Shown here piece after piece: positions 9,591 to 19,631 of a DNA stretch of 42,982 nt. The position numbers and the translations under genes are program-made. The notes beneath the pieces are model-generated. The model saw only the letters and a program-made list of their open reading frames with translations. It was not told where the DNA came from and made no database searches. The stretch's first letter is position 1. Each line of letters opens with the position of its first letter. Source of the stretch: a virus (lineage: Duplodnaviria > Caudoviricetes); the IMG/VR virus record IMGVR_UViG_3300032253_000008, positions 1 to 42,982 of that record; one strand, 5' to 3'.

Positions 9591-10421
9591 TTAGCTGTCT
9601 CTGGCGACGTAAAAGATCGCGTCGTGAGAGTATGCGTAATATGTGGGAGTGGACGAAGTGAGTGAAGTTGCTGACCATCGCTGGAAGCGTATTGTGGTCG
9701 CGTCATGCTGCCAGAACTCAATATAGGCCCGTCTGGATAGTATGTCGCTGCCGGCATAGGTAACAAAAGAATAATCATATGGGGCGTATATGGGGGCGGC
9801 TATCCAGCAGTTGGCCATTGCCTCAGGCAAAGTAACATCAAGAGGTGTGTCCGTGACAAGTAAGCTATCCATAGTCGCTTTTGACAGAATGAAGGCATAT
9901 CGAATAGCGAGAAAGCCTGCGTTAGAATCAAACATCACGTCACCGACCTCGTTGAAGGTGCGCAGCCCGTAGCCTCCCTGACTATCCAAAGCTGTAATAG
10001 GCCCAGCCACTTTGAACGGGACGTTAGCGCGGTTGATAAAACCCACGCATCCTGTCTGGGGGTAGCCCGGGTCTTCAAACACCGCTTCAAGCGATGCACT
10101 TACTTTTTTCGCCTCACTTATCTGGTAAAATACAGTGTCCGCATCGCTCCCGTTTGCGGGAATATCACAATAAATAAGCCCGTAGTTATTATTAGGCCCG
10201 ACCCGTTTCCATTGATCTACCTGAGGCAGCGCAGCAAATGTGCCACTTCGTAAATAGGTTCTACAGACACCCAGCAAATCAGGATTGTCATTGGCTATTA
10301 CCGCAGAGTTTAATGTCTGCTGGGATTTGGTGGTCCCAGAATATTTGACAACCAGAGACTTATGCTGATCATCAAGTGCCTGCGCCCCGTAGGAGTTGGT
10401 CAGTTGGATGCCGTAGCTCAT
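9591..10421 (-). CDS. Tail-tip accessory protein
   Basis: MSYGIQLTNSYG and internal YGLRTFNEVGDVMFDS repeats seen in tail-tip accessory genes; AT-richer. Confidence 0.65.
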   Translation of the reverse strand: MSYGIQLTNSYGAQALDDQHKSLVVKYSGTTKSQQTLNSAVIANDNPDLLGVCRTYLRSGTFAALPQVDQWKRVGPNNNYGLIYCDIPANGSDADTVFYQISEAKKVSASLEAVFEDPGYPQTGCVGFINRANVPFKVAGPITALDSQGGYGLRTFNEVGDVMFDSNAGFLAIRYAFILSKATMDSLLVTDTPLDVTLPEAMANCWIAAPIYAPYDYSFVTYAGSDILSRRAYIEFWQHDATTIRFQRWSATSLTSSTPTYYAYSHDAIFYVARDS

Positions 10422-10819
10422 ACGATAAACCTCTTATTTAGCGCCAAAAAGTTCAAATAATAATCGTAGAAATACGGCTCGTTGGAAGGCCAGTAATAGG
10501 GGAACACTGTTGGATTTATGGTCATCACCTTGGTGGTATTATCCCAACTTAGATCGGGTATCATCTTGCCATTGCAACTTATCGTAAATGAGTCAGGGTA
10601 GTCAGCGGTATCGTCTCGCGTGAGATTATACGGTCCAGTCTGCCGAACAGCACAGGGTGACACGTAAAACATGCCTTTATCGGAGTCAAAATCAGGCACA
10701 GATATTGTTCCACTAAAGCCGTTGGCGAACCTCTGGGAATGGACCAAACGGGGCATCGCATCATCCATGGTGATGGATACATTACCCGCTGCATTTCTGA
10801 ATTCGAACCCATGAGACAT
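10418..10819 (-). CDS. Tail-tip accessory protein
   Basis: MSHGFEFRNAAGNV start; coupled to the J-like gene and the next gene. Confidence 0.65.
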   Translation of the reverse strand: MSHGFEFRNAAGNVSITMDDAMPRLVHSQRFANGFSGTISVPDFDSDKGMFYVSPCAVRQTGPYNLTRDDTADYPDSFTISCNGKMIPDLSWDNTTKVMTINPTVFPYYWPSNEPYFYDYYLNFLALNKRFIV

Positions 10820-13800
10820 TATGCGAGGTCTCCAATCAGCACACGAAGGACGTTGTTGGCGTCGTATACCTTGATCGTGTCGTCGCTTATTTCTACGCGC
10901 TCTCCGGTCTCTGCTGATTTCAAGGTGCCGATAGTGGCAAAGCGCGCAGACATCGAGCCACCAATGTAAAACGACCCATCAACCTCAACGTCGCCGTCCA
11001 GCCGAATATAGTCTGCCTTCAGGCGCGCCGTGGTGACGGGTTCGCTCACGCCGTCCTCGATCCTGATCAGCGAAAGCACGTCCTCGTCACCAAGCTTCCA
11101 GACATAGCCCGAGGTGACCCCGTTGATCGTTGCCTCGGCAAAAGCCGTCGCCTCAGCCAGCGCCAACATGTCCCCGTATTCGGCGCTGATCACCTGATTG
11201 ACCGCCGCGACGGCCCCAGCAGCGTCAACCTTGGTGGCGTTGATCGTAGATATCGCCCCGGTGTTGCCATCCACCGTTGCGGACAGGCTGGCGATGGTGG
11301 CGCTCAGAGCGCTGTCGCCGTCGGCGCGCACGACTTGCTCTGTACTGATCGCGGCAGTGTTGTCGCCCACCGTGACGGCCAGTGCCTGACGGGCGGCGGC
11401 TTCGGCGCTGTCCGCATCCGCTCGTGCCGTGGCCTCTGTACTGATCGCGGCAGTGTTGTCGCCCACCGTGACGGCCAGTGCCTGACGGGCGGTGGCTTCG
11501 GCGCTGTCCGCGTCGGCACGCGCCGTTTGCTCAACACTCAGACCCGCCGAGACCCCTGCAATATCGGCACTCAATTGCAGGCGGGCGGCTGCTTCGGCCT
11601 CAAACTCACCTTCGGTCCAAGCGCTGATCTCCTGACGAGCAGCGGCAGCACTCAACTCCAGATCGGCCAGTCCCAGACCGCGCCGGATGGCCTCGTCAGC
11701 CAGGGCCATCTCGCGCATATCCTCGCGCGTCAAGTCTGAATAGGTGGATTGCACGGCAAACGTGATGCCGGGCACGTCCAGCGCGCCGATCTGCACTTCG
11801 GCGACTCCCAGCCGTGTGCCTTGATCGGTGATTGTAGTGTTGACCGCCTCAAGATCAATTACCGCGTCAGACAAGGTGACCTCAGCTGATCCGAGCCGGA
11901 CCCCAAGATCATCCACGTCGAGCACCAGCGCCGATAGGCTGATGCCTTGGGACGACAGCGTTATTTCGGCGGCGGTCAAGCGCGCAACGATGTCATCCAG
12001 AAACGGCAGTTGTGACGGATCCAGCACCGCTTCTGAGATCGCCTGGTTCATCTCGGCCGTGGTCACCCGCAGCGCCAACTCGCCAAGCGCCGCGTTCAGA
12101 TCAATCTCAAGTGATGCGACTTTATCAGACTGCACGTCCAAACCATGGATGCGCACGCGGCCTGTCTCGGGATCGACCATGATCCCGGCATCGGTCGTCA
12201 GGCGGCGGTTTTCGTCGATCAGGCCGACCAGTGAGGCCACTGCCATTTCAACCTCTGTAAGCGCGCCGTCAAGGCTGCGCAAACGCGGGATAGCCTGGTC
12301 GGTCAGGCCTGGGAACACAGGCGACGGAAAGCCCGGTATGACCGGTGAACCGGGCACCAAGGACACGCCCAGAACGGCCTCAAGCCGCGCCCGGAATTCC
12401 CCGACTACCCCGTCAGCGTCCTCCAGCCCACGGTAGTGATTATCGAACGCCTCGTTGAACTTTTCGCGGGCATCATCGGATAGGTCACCCTCGCCCAGCC
12501 GAACGTCGGGCACCGTAACCGGCAACCAAGCGGTCCAATCGGTCGGCCTGTCCACGTCGAACATCGCGCGCAACTCATAGCCTTCGTTCGGCAACAGACC
12601 GTCGATGAATACCGCAGCTCCCGAGGCGACGTTTTGCAAGGGGCGCTCGGTTCCTGCCGTGGTATCCCCGCTCGGCCTGACCGCGATCCGAAGACCGCGC
12701 GCGTCGTCTGCGCCCTCTGGGTCCCAGGCAACCAGCACCCCGGCTCGACGATCCGAAACCCCGTCGGATACAACATGCGGCACGACGGCAAATCCCGGTA
12801 CGCTCTGAGGAGCCGGACGCAGTGGCGAGGGGTCTGGTGGAGTCGGCAGAGTAAGTGCGTCCGGTATATCGTAGTCCCCGGGATCCACCTCCCGCAGTGA
12901 CACCCTCACTAATTGCGTGCGTGGATCGCGAGTGGCTTCGGAAACCTCGAAGAGTTTTGCGGTGTAGTTATTCTCTGCGCTTGTCCAACTGATCGTGTCC
13001 AGCGCCTCCACCGCTGCTGCCATCGGCGGTAAGGTCAGGACGTGGCGCCGCATTCGGCGATGGTCAGCTATCAGCGCCGCGGTCAGGCGCTGGACTTGAA
13101 CTGGGTATGGCACCACTGGCAAGCTCAAAGAGGCGGTCAAGCGGCGATTACCGTCTTCGGCCTCCCAATCGTAATTCGTAAGCGACTTCGATTCCGTTGG
13201 TTCCCAAAGGCTACTAGGATCTGGGTATGTGGCGCTGATCGCGTTGTAGATCTGATCCGGTGTTGGGAACGGTTTGAAATCCTCTGGCTCATCGACAATA
13301 ATGTCGTCATCGAGGACGAACAAGACGGGTAGAGCGGGCGCACCAACCCGGATCGACCATACACCTCCCGCCTCGGCGAGGGCACCGTTGCACCCTTTTA
13401 GCAATTCCTCAATAACCGAGAACGGCTCGTCATCGGCGAACACTTCGAGACCCGCGCGGAATTGTGCCTCGGCCCCGCCATCACCATCGTCAACCAGCGC
13501 ATCGCTGGTGTCCATAGCTGCTACCCAGACGTCGAAAGGTAGGTCTGCAGCGGGGATTCCGCCGCCCCAGACTTCACCTGAGGGAAAGGTTATGCCACGC
13601 AAGATGTTATAAGCCTGGACCGCGGCGTTAAGAGTCGGCGCATATGTTGACGCATCGCCCCAGCGGTGCGGGCCGCTACCTCCGGCTGTGGTGTCGAGGC
13701 GCGGATCGTAGAGCGGGACGCCACCAACAACAAAGCGCGGCTGAGGCCAAGCCTGGAACACTTCTCGATCATAACGCAACGTCAGCACTGCATAGCACAT

Positions 13801-14415
13801 CCCCTCGCCGACCATGTCAGCTGTCCATGGGCGGATGTGCGGTGCTGGATATTTGGCCAGCAGCATCGAGTCGGCGGTGGTTTGAGTGCCATCGTAATAC
13901 TTGATCCAGGCACGGTCGAGAAAGTCGCCGCCGATCCGCTGGCCGTAGTCCGCGTGCGGATCAGCTGTAAGGATATCCACCGACTGTCCGCCAAGGATCA
14001 TCCCGTCCAGTGTATGGCCAGGGATCCCAGCAAGCTCGACGACGTAAGTCAGGTAGGCGTTCGGAGTTTTACCGACTTGACCATGCGACAGCGGCGGGCA
14101 GACACGCGCACCGCTGGTGGCATATTGGCCAATGAGGAATGCTTCGGGATTGATCCCACCAGCCAGCGTTGTCTTGGTTCGGATACCACTGGCTTTTGGC
14201 TTTGGCGCAAGTGCCTGCGACAGTGCCGACAATGCTACTGAGGTCAGTAGTTGACCAAGCGTTGATCCCAGCGCCACTCCGCCAATCGTCAGCGCGCCAA
14301 GAGATGGCGTCAACAGCAGGCTGATCAGCCCGGTGATCGGAGCTGCGGCGGCGGGCACAGCGCTGAATAGCAACGCAACTAGCGTCAGCGCGAGAATGTG
14401 AAAAGCGCGCATCAC
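10819..14415 (-). CDS. Central tail fibre / host-specificity protein (J-like, GTA-tail related)
   Basis: 1198 aa; YDPRLDTTAGGSGPHRW motif, coiled-coil repeats, C-terminal IKVYDANNVLRVLIG typical of J-like proteins. Confidence 0.88.
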   Translation of the reverse strand: MMRAFHILALTLVALLFSAVPAAAAPITGLISLLLTPSLGALTIGGVALGSTLGQLLTSVALSALSQALAPKPKASGIRTKTTLAGGINPEAFLIGQYATSGARVCPPLSHGQVGKTPNAYLTYVVELAGIPGHTLDGMILGGQSVDILTADPHADYGQRIGGDFLDRAWIKYYDGTQTTADSMLLAKYPAPHIRPWTADMVGEGMCYAVLTLRYDREVFQAWPQPRFVVGGVPLYDPRLDTTAGGSGPHRWGDASTYAPTLNAAVQAYNILRGITFPSGEVWGGGIPAADLPFDVWVAAMDTSDALVDDGDGGAEAQFRAGLEVFADDEPFSVIEELLKGCNGALAEAGGVWSIRVGAPALPVLFVLDDDIIVDEPEDFKPFPTPDQIYNAISATYPDPSSLWEPTESKSLTNYDWEAEDGNRRLTASLSLPVVPYPVQVQRLTAALIADHRRMRRHVLTLPPMAAAVEALDTISWTSAENNYTAKLFEVSEATRDPRTQLVRVSLREVDPGDYDIPDALTLPTPPDPSPLRPAPQSVPGFAVVPHVVSDGVSDRRAGVLVAWDPEGADDARGLRIAVRPSGDTTAGTERPLQNVASGAAVFIDGLLPNEGYELRAMFDVDRPTDWTAWLPVTVPDVRLGEGDLSDDAREKFNEAFDNHYRGLEDADGVVGEFRARLEAVLGVSLVPGSPVIPGFPSPVFPGLTDQAIPRLRSLDGALTEVEMAVASLVGLIDENRRLTTDAGIMVDPETGRVRIHGLDVQSDKVASLEIDLNAALGELALRVTTAEMNQAISEAVLDPSQLPFLDDIVARLTAAEITLSSQGISLSALVLDVDDLGVRLGSAEVTLSDAVIDLEAVNTTITDQGTRLGVAEVQIGALDVPGITFAVQSTYSDLTREDMREMALADEAIRRGLGLADLELSAAAARQEISAWTEGEFEAEAAARLQLSADIAGVSAGLSVEQTARADADSAEATARQALAVTVGDNTAAISTEATARADADSAEAAARQALAVTVGDNTAAISTEQVVRADGDSALSATIASLSATVDGNTGAISTINATKVDAAGAVAAVNQVISAEYGDMLALAEATAFAEATINGVTSGYVWKLGDEDVLSLIRIEDGVSEPVTTARLKADYIRLDGDVEVDGSFYIGGSMSARFATIGTLKSAETGERVEISDDTIKVYDANNVLRVLIGDLA
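11330..11525 (-). repeat. 96-bp (32-aa) tandem duplication inside J-like gene
   Basis: GTACTGATCGCGGCAGTGTTGTCGCCCACCGTGACGGCCAGTGCCTGACGGGCGG at 11342 and 11438; protein ADADSAEA.ARQALAVTVGDNTAAISTE twice. Confidence 0.9.
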
Positions 14416-14828
14416 GGAACCGCAAAAATCAGGGCATCAGGCGGAAGGGCAACCAGTGCCAAACCGGATCTTGACAGCGCGTAAACCGCGCGGCCCTGCA
14501 CCACGCCAAGCGCGTGACCACCGTCCGTTCCTATCCCCGCCAGATCACCGGGCTTTGCCGCCTCCCCCGGCGGGCGGGCGCGAAACAGCGATGCGGCCAG
14601 CGCGATATGGTCGGCGTGGCCGTCCTTGCGCAGGATCCGCACGCCGCCGCGCACCGTCGTGTAGCGGTCACGGTAGGCGCGCGCGGGGTCATAGCCCGTC
14701 ATCGCCGCGACAGCGCCCGCGGCGAACAGCGCGCAGTCGTGAACCCCCGGTTCGAACGGAGTGCGAGCCGATTGAGTCAGATAGGAGGTAAGTCGGTTCT
14801 GCCAGCCTTTCGTTCGCGCAACGGTCAT
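14412..14828 (-). CDS. NlpC/P60-like tail-associated protein
   Basis: Start 14828; PFEPGVHDCALFAA (DC motif), PGDLA, HALGV; usual position before J. Confidence 0.78.
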   Translation of the reverse strand: MTVARTKGWQNRLTSYLTQSARTPFEPGVHDCALFAAGAVAAMTGYDPARAYRDRYTTVRGGVRILRKDGHADHIALAASLFRARPPGEAAKPGDLAGIGTDGGHALGVVQGRAVYALSRSGLALVALPPDALIFAVP

Positions 14829-15496
14829 TGATACTGCCCCCTGCCATCGAAGTGCACGCCCCATGACCCGCCGTTTGCGCCGCCATTGCCGTCCGATGCC
14901 TTGGACTCGCCCCAAGCTGTTTCAATACCGACCAGCGAGTTGTATTGGCGGATCTTGTCGGTAGGTGCGCGGGTCAGTAAAGCCTCGTTCGACCGCTTGA
15001 GCGTCAACCCACGCGTCAGGCGCCACGCATCTGAGACACACTGGATCTTAGCCGCCGCCTCCTGCCCGAGCTCGGGGGTCGGCATGTCAATCACCATCAC
15101 CGTGCCGCGGAACGCTCGGATCGGGTCAGCAACAGCGGTATTTGTCTCCGGATCAAAATACCACTCATGCGCCTCGACGGGTGCAAGCCTCGCGTCATAG
15201 GTTCGGATGGCTTCGACTACAGCAGCATGAAGCGGTGACACAGACACCGACCAGCTGCGTTCTTCCAGCGCAGCGCGTGAGTTGAACGGCTCGACGTCCA
15301 ACAGCGCGCCCACGCCGTAGTAGGTGCGGCTATCACCATCGACGGTGATTGTCTGGTGATCCGCGCCAGTCCAAATGCCAAGCGATTCTGGCAAGCCAGT
15401 GGTGCGATTCCGGGCGGTCAGCCAGATCAATACATGCACATCGAACGCAGAGCTTTGCGCTAGGTGGGTTTTAACAGATGTAGGCAGATTTCTCAT
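14825..15496 (-). CDS. Tail tip / hub protein
   Basis: 223 aa between distal tail and NlpC-like genes; ARNRTTG..GIWTG..RTYYGVG. Confidence 0.65.
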   Translation of the reverse strand: MRNLPTSVKTHLAQSSAFDVHVLIWLTARNRTTGLPESLGIWTGADHQTITVDGDSRTYYGVGALLDVEPFNSRAALEERSWSVSVSPLHAAVVEAIRTYDARLAPVEAHEWYFDPETNTAVADPIRAFRGTVMVIDMPTPELGQEAAAKIQCVSDAWRLTRGLTLKRSNEALLTRAPTDKIRQYNSLVGIETAWGESKASDGNGGANGGSWGVHFDGRGQYQ

Positions 15497-15497
15497 G

Positions 15498-16145
15498 TCA
15501 TCCTAGGCTCTGCAGTAACTGGAATGTTATATCTTCTGCGAACAAGGAAGTATATGTGCCGTGTTGGGTGGGTGTCAAGATAGCTTTAAAAAAGGGCTCG
15601 ATCAACTCCACAGTAGTTCCTGTCACTGCTCCAACGCGGATGTCTGGTGTTACTTCGATTAAAGGAGTCAATCCAGCAGCACTAGCTGCACCTCCCACGA
15701 CAATCTGGTGGAAAGCATAGCGAACGGGGTCACTCCCGTAAGTGAATGACAAATAGTCTCCCGCACTAAGAACATAATTCGAAGGGAGCCCCGCTATTTT
15801 AAGCTCCCTGGAATTAGCGGCTAGTGTTTGTATTGTAGGCAATGCAGCACCCATAATACTGCCTTCAGGGTCGGCCCGCGGGCCACTAAAAGGGAGTGAA
15901 CGAGCTAGCAGAGTCCTGCCTGACTCGGACAAAGACGATAATTGAGCGGAAATCACTGCCGCGTCACGATTCCCCATAAAAGGTAAAGTAACGGAACCTA
16001 CCCAAAGACGCTCAGCGGTCTTCGCTGTGATTATTGAGCCTCCACGAGTTCGGCTGACCTTTAATGCAGGAGGAAGGTAAAACGTGCACTTCGCGGGCGA
16101 CAATCCTGAGAAGAAATCCAGTGCTAGAGGGAAGGTTTGTGTCAT
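15498..16145 (-). CDS. Distal tail protein (Dit-like)
   Basis: Immediately after tape measure gene with ATGA overlap; 215 aa. Confidence 0.65.
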   Translation of the reverse strand: MTQTFPLALDFFSGLSPAKCTFYLPPALKVSRTRGGSIITAKTAERLWVGSVTLPFMGNRDAAVISAQLSSLSESGRTLLARSLPFSGPRADPEGSIMGAALPTIQTLAANSRELKIAGLPSNYVLSAGDYLSFTYGSDPVRYAFHQIVVGGAASAAGLTPLIEVTPDIRVGAVTGTTVELIEPFFKAILTPTQHGTYTSLFAEDITFQLLQSLG

Positions 16146-19100
16146 TTTCTACGCCTTGGGTTCCGGTTAATGGAAGCTATTCTATCAGGTAGAACGGCAT
16201 CGTAGGATCGTAGTCCTCCTACCACTGCTTGCCGTACTTTGGTGTCCAATGCATCGTCGCCTATGGCGGAGTCTATCTTCACGTTAATCTCAACAATTTT
16301 GCTTCCTACTTCAGAACCGCCCAGTCTTCCGCTTGACGTTGGCGCGGACAGAGAGGTTACAGCGCCACCTTGAGAAAAAGAGCGCAGCCCACCACTGTTT
16401 ATCTGGTCTAGTAAAGGAAGAAAATACTTTGTTGCTTGAGCGTTTACAACGTATTCACCGTTAGAAACTCGCGCAAGTATAGAATCAGAAGTACCAGTAC
16501 CTTTCCCGCGGATCTGACCTCCTAAGGCGTATGTGCTTATCCCGTCAATAATTCCCCCTTCGGACATACCGGGAAAGATAGCTTTCAAAGCATTAAAAAG
16601 CAGCATCTGTGTCTGCATCTTAATGATGTCTGCGATGATAGAACGAGCCAACGAAGCAAAGTCGAGTTTACCTGTCATTACGAAGTCGGCCAATGCATCC
16701 GCCGACTTGTCGAAGGCGCTCTTGAACGCGCTTTCCGCACGGTCGGCAGCTGTCCCAATGTCCTCACCGATGGAGTCCAAGGCGCGCGAGATGCCCGACG
16801 CCCAGTCGGTTGCGTTCTCGAGGTCTTGCTCGCGGGCCGCGCGCATACGCTCATCGAAGACGGTTTCGATCATCGTCGCATAATCTTCGTAAGCCAACCC
16901 GAGTGACTCGAGAATCAGCAACTGTTCTTCATACCACTGACGAACGGACTCGCGTGCGCCGCCCATGTTCTGCATGATCTGCTCGTACTCGTCGGTCAGT
17001 CCGTTAACGTACTCCTGTTGCGCCGCGTTCAGTTCACCCAGCCGCTCGGCTGCGCCTCCTGCAGCGTCACCGAAGTCGGTCATCGCGGGCGTACCGTCTT
17101 CGATTACCGTGTTGAGCTCTTCCTGCATTGCGGCAGACGTCTCTTGGCTTCCGATCACCATATCCAGGTTTGCACCGAAGTTATTTGCCAGCGTCTCAGC
17201 CGAACGCGCCAGCGCGTCGTTGAACGGGTTCAGGATGTTCTCGTTGAACTCGGTGCGCACTGTGTCAGCGCCCTCGCGAACGGCTGCACCGAACTCGCCC
17301 ACATAATCTGTCTGCAGCGCCTCACCGAAGGTGGACGTGATGTTGGCGCCCGCGGATGCAAGGTCAGCCTCGAGAGCTGCGGTGTCTTGACGCAGGTCTG
17401 AGAAGTCGACTGTCAAGGACTCGCGAATAGCGTCGCCCACGCCGTCGAAACCCGGGATCAGGTCGAACGCGTCGCCCAAGCCGCCCAAGCCGCGCACAAA
17501 CACGTTGATGATGTTTTGCAGCCCGGTGATTGCCATGTTCTTGGCTTTCGCCATTGCGAGTGCGAACAGAGCGGGAATACCTTCAGTGATCACGGGACGA
17601 ATTGCAGACAGGAAGCCGACGTAGATACCAATATAGGTGTTGACGCCAGAGCGAATCCAGCCGCCGACTGTTTCGAGCGACAGTCCCCAGCTACCCAGGA
17701 ACTCGTCGAGCCACTCAACAATCGACGAGAAGAAGCCACCAGCAGCACTCTTCGCCCCTGTCCATGCGGACGTTGCCCAATTCCAAACCTGCAAGAAGAT
17801 CGTGTTAGCGCCCTCAGCAAAATCAGCCAGCCCCTCAGCAATACCTGTCCACGCGGCTAGTCCTGCGCGGTACACATGGCCGAAAACCTGCCCAATGGTC
17901 ATCAGCACTGCTTTGAATACCTGCCAGACGGTTGCAACACGTCCCGCTACTTCCACGTTCTCGTCACCGAAGTATGCGAGTGCGGCGGTCGCGCCCAGGA
18001 TGATCGCTTGGATCGCACCGAACGGCGTCAGGAGCCACGCGGCAGCCATTGCAACGAGGCCCGCGGTCGCCGATGCGATTGCGGGGATCATTGCAATCAG
18101 TGCGGGGATCATCAACGCGGTGAAACCTGCGGCAGCCACAACGACGAAACGCGACAGCGCGTCGAAGTTGTCTGCCAGGAATTTGATTGCAGGAGTGAGC
18201 ATCGACGTGACGATTGACCCGAGTTCGATCATCGCGACAGTCAACGACGTGCGCAGACGTCCTGCTTGGAACTCAAAGGTGTTTGTCATGCGGTCGAATG
18301 CTTCTTGCGTCGCACCGCCGCGCTCTTCCATGTCCTCAAGGATTGAAGTCATATCGACGCCCGCCTGACCCGCAAGTGCGAGGGCAGGGATCAGCGCCTC
18401 AACGCCACCGAACAGTTGTGCCATTGTCTCGGTAGACCCGCCCGTCGCGGTAACCACGTCGTCCATGAATCCGGCGAACCCGCGAGACTCGAGTGCTGCC
18501 GAGTTGAACTCAAGCCCCAGACGTTCCGCCATGTCCGCTGCTTCAACAGTAGGTCGAACAACGGACGCCAGAATTGCGCGGACGCCCGTTACGGCTTGAC
18601 GTGTCGAGATACCACCTTTCGTCAGTGCTGCGATTGATGCAACCAGTTCGTCGAACCCGACCCCTGCTTGTGCGGCCAGAGGAGCGACGTTACCGAGCGA
18701 GCCTGCGAGCTCCGCGATTGTCGTCTTACCAGCACGCATACCCACAAAGAGAACGTCGCTGACGTCGGACGCTTGTGTTGCCGACATGCCATAGGCGTTG
18801 AGGACGGACGTCAGTCCATCCGCAGCCGTTGCAACGTCAGTGACGCCGCCAATTGCCAGCCGGTTCGACGCGTCGAGCAAGTCGATTGCTTCTGCCGCGG
18901 TTCCTGCACCGGCTGAGATGATTTGATAAGCAGCAGCTGCCTGTTGAACGGGTGCCTGGCCAAAAGCGCGCGATTGCGCGAGAATGGCGTCTTCGAGTCG
19001 CCCCAGATTGAAGACGGTCATGTCAACGAGTGTGCTGACCTCCGCCATAGCTGTTTCGAACGAACCTGCGGCGGCAACTGCTTGCGTGAAGAATGCGGAG

Positions 19101-19291
19101 ATGCCCACAGCAATGAGCACGCCGAACGCGCGGGCGAGCAGGTTTGAACGTCGGTTCAAGGTGTCAAAGGTGTCACCCAAGGTTCCGGCTTTACGGCCCA
19201 AACCATCAAGAGCCCGCTCTCCTCGGCGGGCTCCTTGTTCCATTGGTCGGCTATCTACGCCTACCCGGAGGGTGCTTTCCTGCGTTGCCAA
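16142..19291 (-). CDS. Tail tape measure protein (TP901-type)
   Basis: 1049 aa Ala/Gly-rich helical; GKTTIAELAGSLGNVAPLA, W/F-spaced repeats, GTGTSDSILARVSNGEYVV; TTG start. Confidence 0.95.
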   Translation of the reverse strand: MATQESTLRVGVDSRPMEQGARRGERALDGLGRKAGTLGDTFDTLNRRSNLLARAFGVLIAVGISAFFTQAVAAAGSFETAMAEVSTLVDMTVFNLGRLEDAILAQSRAFGQAPVQQAAAAYQIISAGAGTAAEAIDLLDASNRLAIGGVTDVATAADGLTSVLNAYGMSATQASDVSDVLFVGMRAGKTTIAELAGSLGNVAPLAAQAGVGFDELVASIAALTKGGISTRQAVTGVRAILASVVRPTVEAADMAERLGLEFNSAALESRGFAGFMDDVVTATGGSTETMAQLFGGVEALIPALALAGQAGVDMTSILEDMEERGGATQEAFDRMTNTFEFQAGRLRTSLTVAMIELGSIVTSMLTPAIKFLADNFDALSRFVVVAAAGFTALMIPALIAMIPAIASATAGLVAMAAAWLLTPFGAIQAIILGATAALAYFGDENVEVAGRVATVWQVFKAVLMTIGQVFGHVYRAGLAAWTGIAEGLADFAEGANTIFLQVWNWATSAWTGAKSAAGGFFSSIVEWLDEFLGSWGLSLETVGGWIRSGVNTYIGIYVGFLSAIRPVITEGIPALFALAMAKAKNMAITGLQNIINVFVRGLGGLGDAFDLIPGFDGVGDAIRESLTVDFSDLRQDTAALEADLASAGANITSTFGEALQTDYVGEFGAAVREGADTVRTEFNENILNPFNDALARSAETLANNFGANLDMVIGSQETSAAMQEELNTVIEDGTPAMTDFGDAAGGAAERLGELNAAQQEYVNGLTDEYEQIMQNMGGARESVRQWYEEQLLILESLGLAYEDYATMIETVFDERMRAAREQDLENATDWASGISRALDSIGEDIGTAADRAESAFKSAFDKSADALADFVMTGKLDFASLARSIIADIIKMQTQMLLFNALKAIFPGMSEGGIIDGISTYALGGQIRGKGTGTSDSILARVSNGEYVVNAQATKYFLPLLDQINSGGLRSFSQGGAVTSLSAPTSSGRLGGSEVGSKIVEINVKIDSAIGDDALDTKVRQAVVGGLRSYDAVLPDRIASINRNPRRRK

Positions 19292-19631
19292 CTGGTTTTC
19301 TCCGCTTGTTCACTTCGGTTAACCAGGCATCGTCGCAGATCTTCACGTAGTGAACGAGGTCAAGACGGTCTTCCAGACTATCGTGACCAAACATGCGTGA
19401 GTAGGACTCAATCTCAGACAGAGCGATCCCAGACGGGGTGCCATTAGGACCCATTATACGCGAAGAATGCAACCTTTTGAAAGCGGTCAAATAAGGTGCT
19501 GCGTGATCCGTGAGAAGCGGGCGGTTTGCGAGCGCGGAAGGCATCTTACCAGACCGCGTAGCAACCTTTTGAAGCATGTCGAGCCGGTCGCCATAGTTCA
19601 TTTCCCACAGGACGCAGCTCTTCAGTTTCCC
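19251..19631 (-). CDS. Tail assembly chaperone, -1 frameshift extension (gpGT-like)
   Basis: -1 frame continues GKLKSCVLWEMNY... from heptamer G GGA AAC at the end of the upstream chaperone. Confidence 0.8.
   Translation of the reverse strand, partial: GKLKSCVLWEMNYGDRLDMLQKVATRSGKMPSALANRPLLTDHAAPYLTAFKRLHSSRIMGPNGTPSGIALSEIESYSRMFGHDSLEDRLDLVHYVKICDDAWLTEVNKRRKPVGNAGKHPPGRRR

Noticed and set aside
8473-10819. Diversity-generating retroelement or invertible tail-fibre system
   Set aside because: No reverse transcriptase, invertase, or template/variable repeat pair seen in the window.
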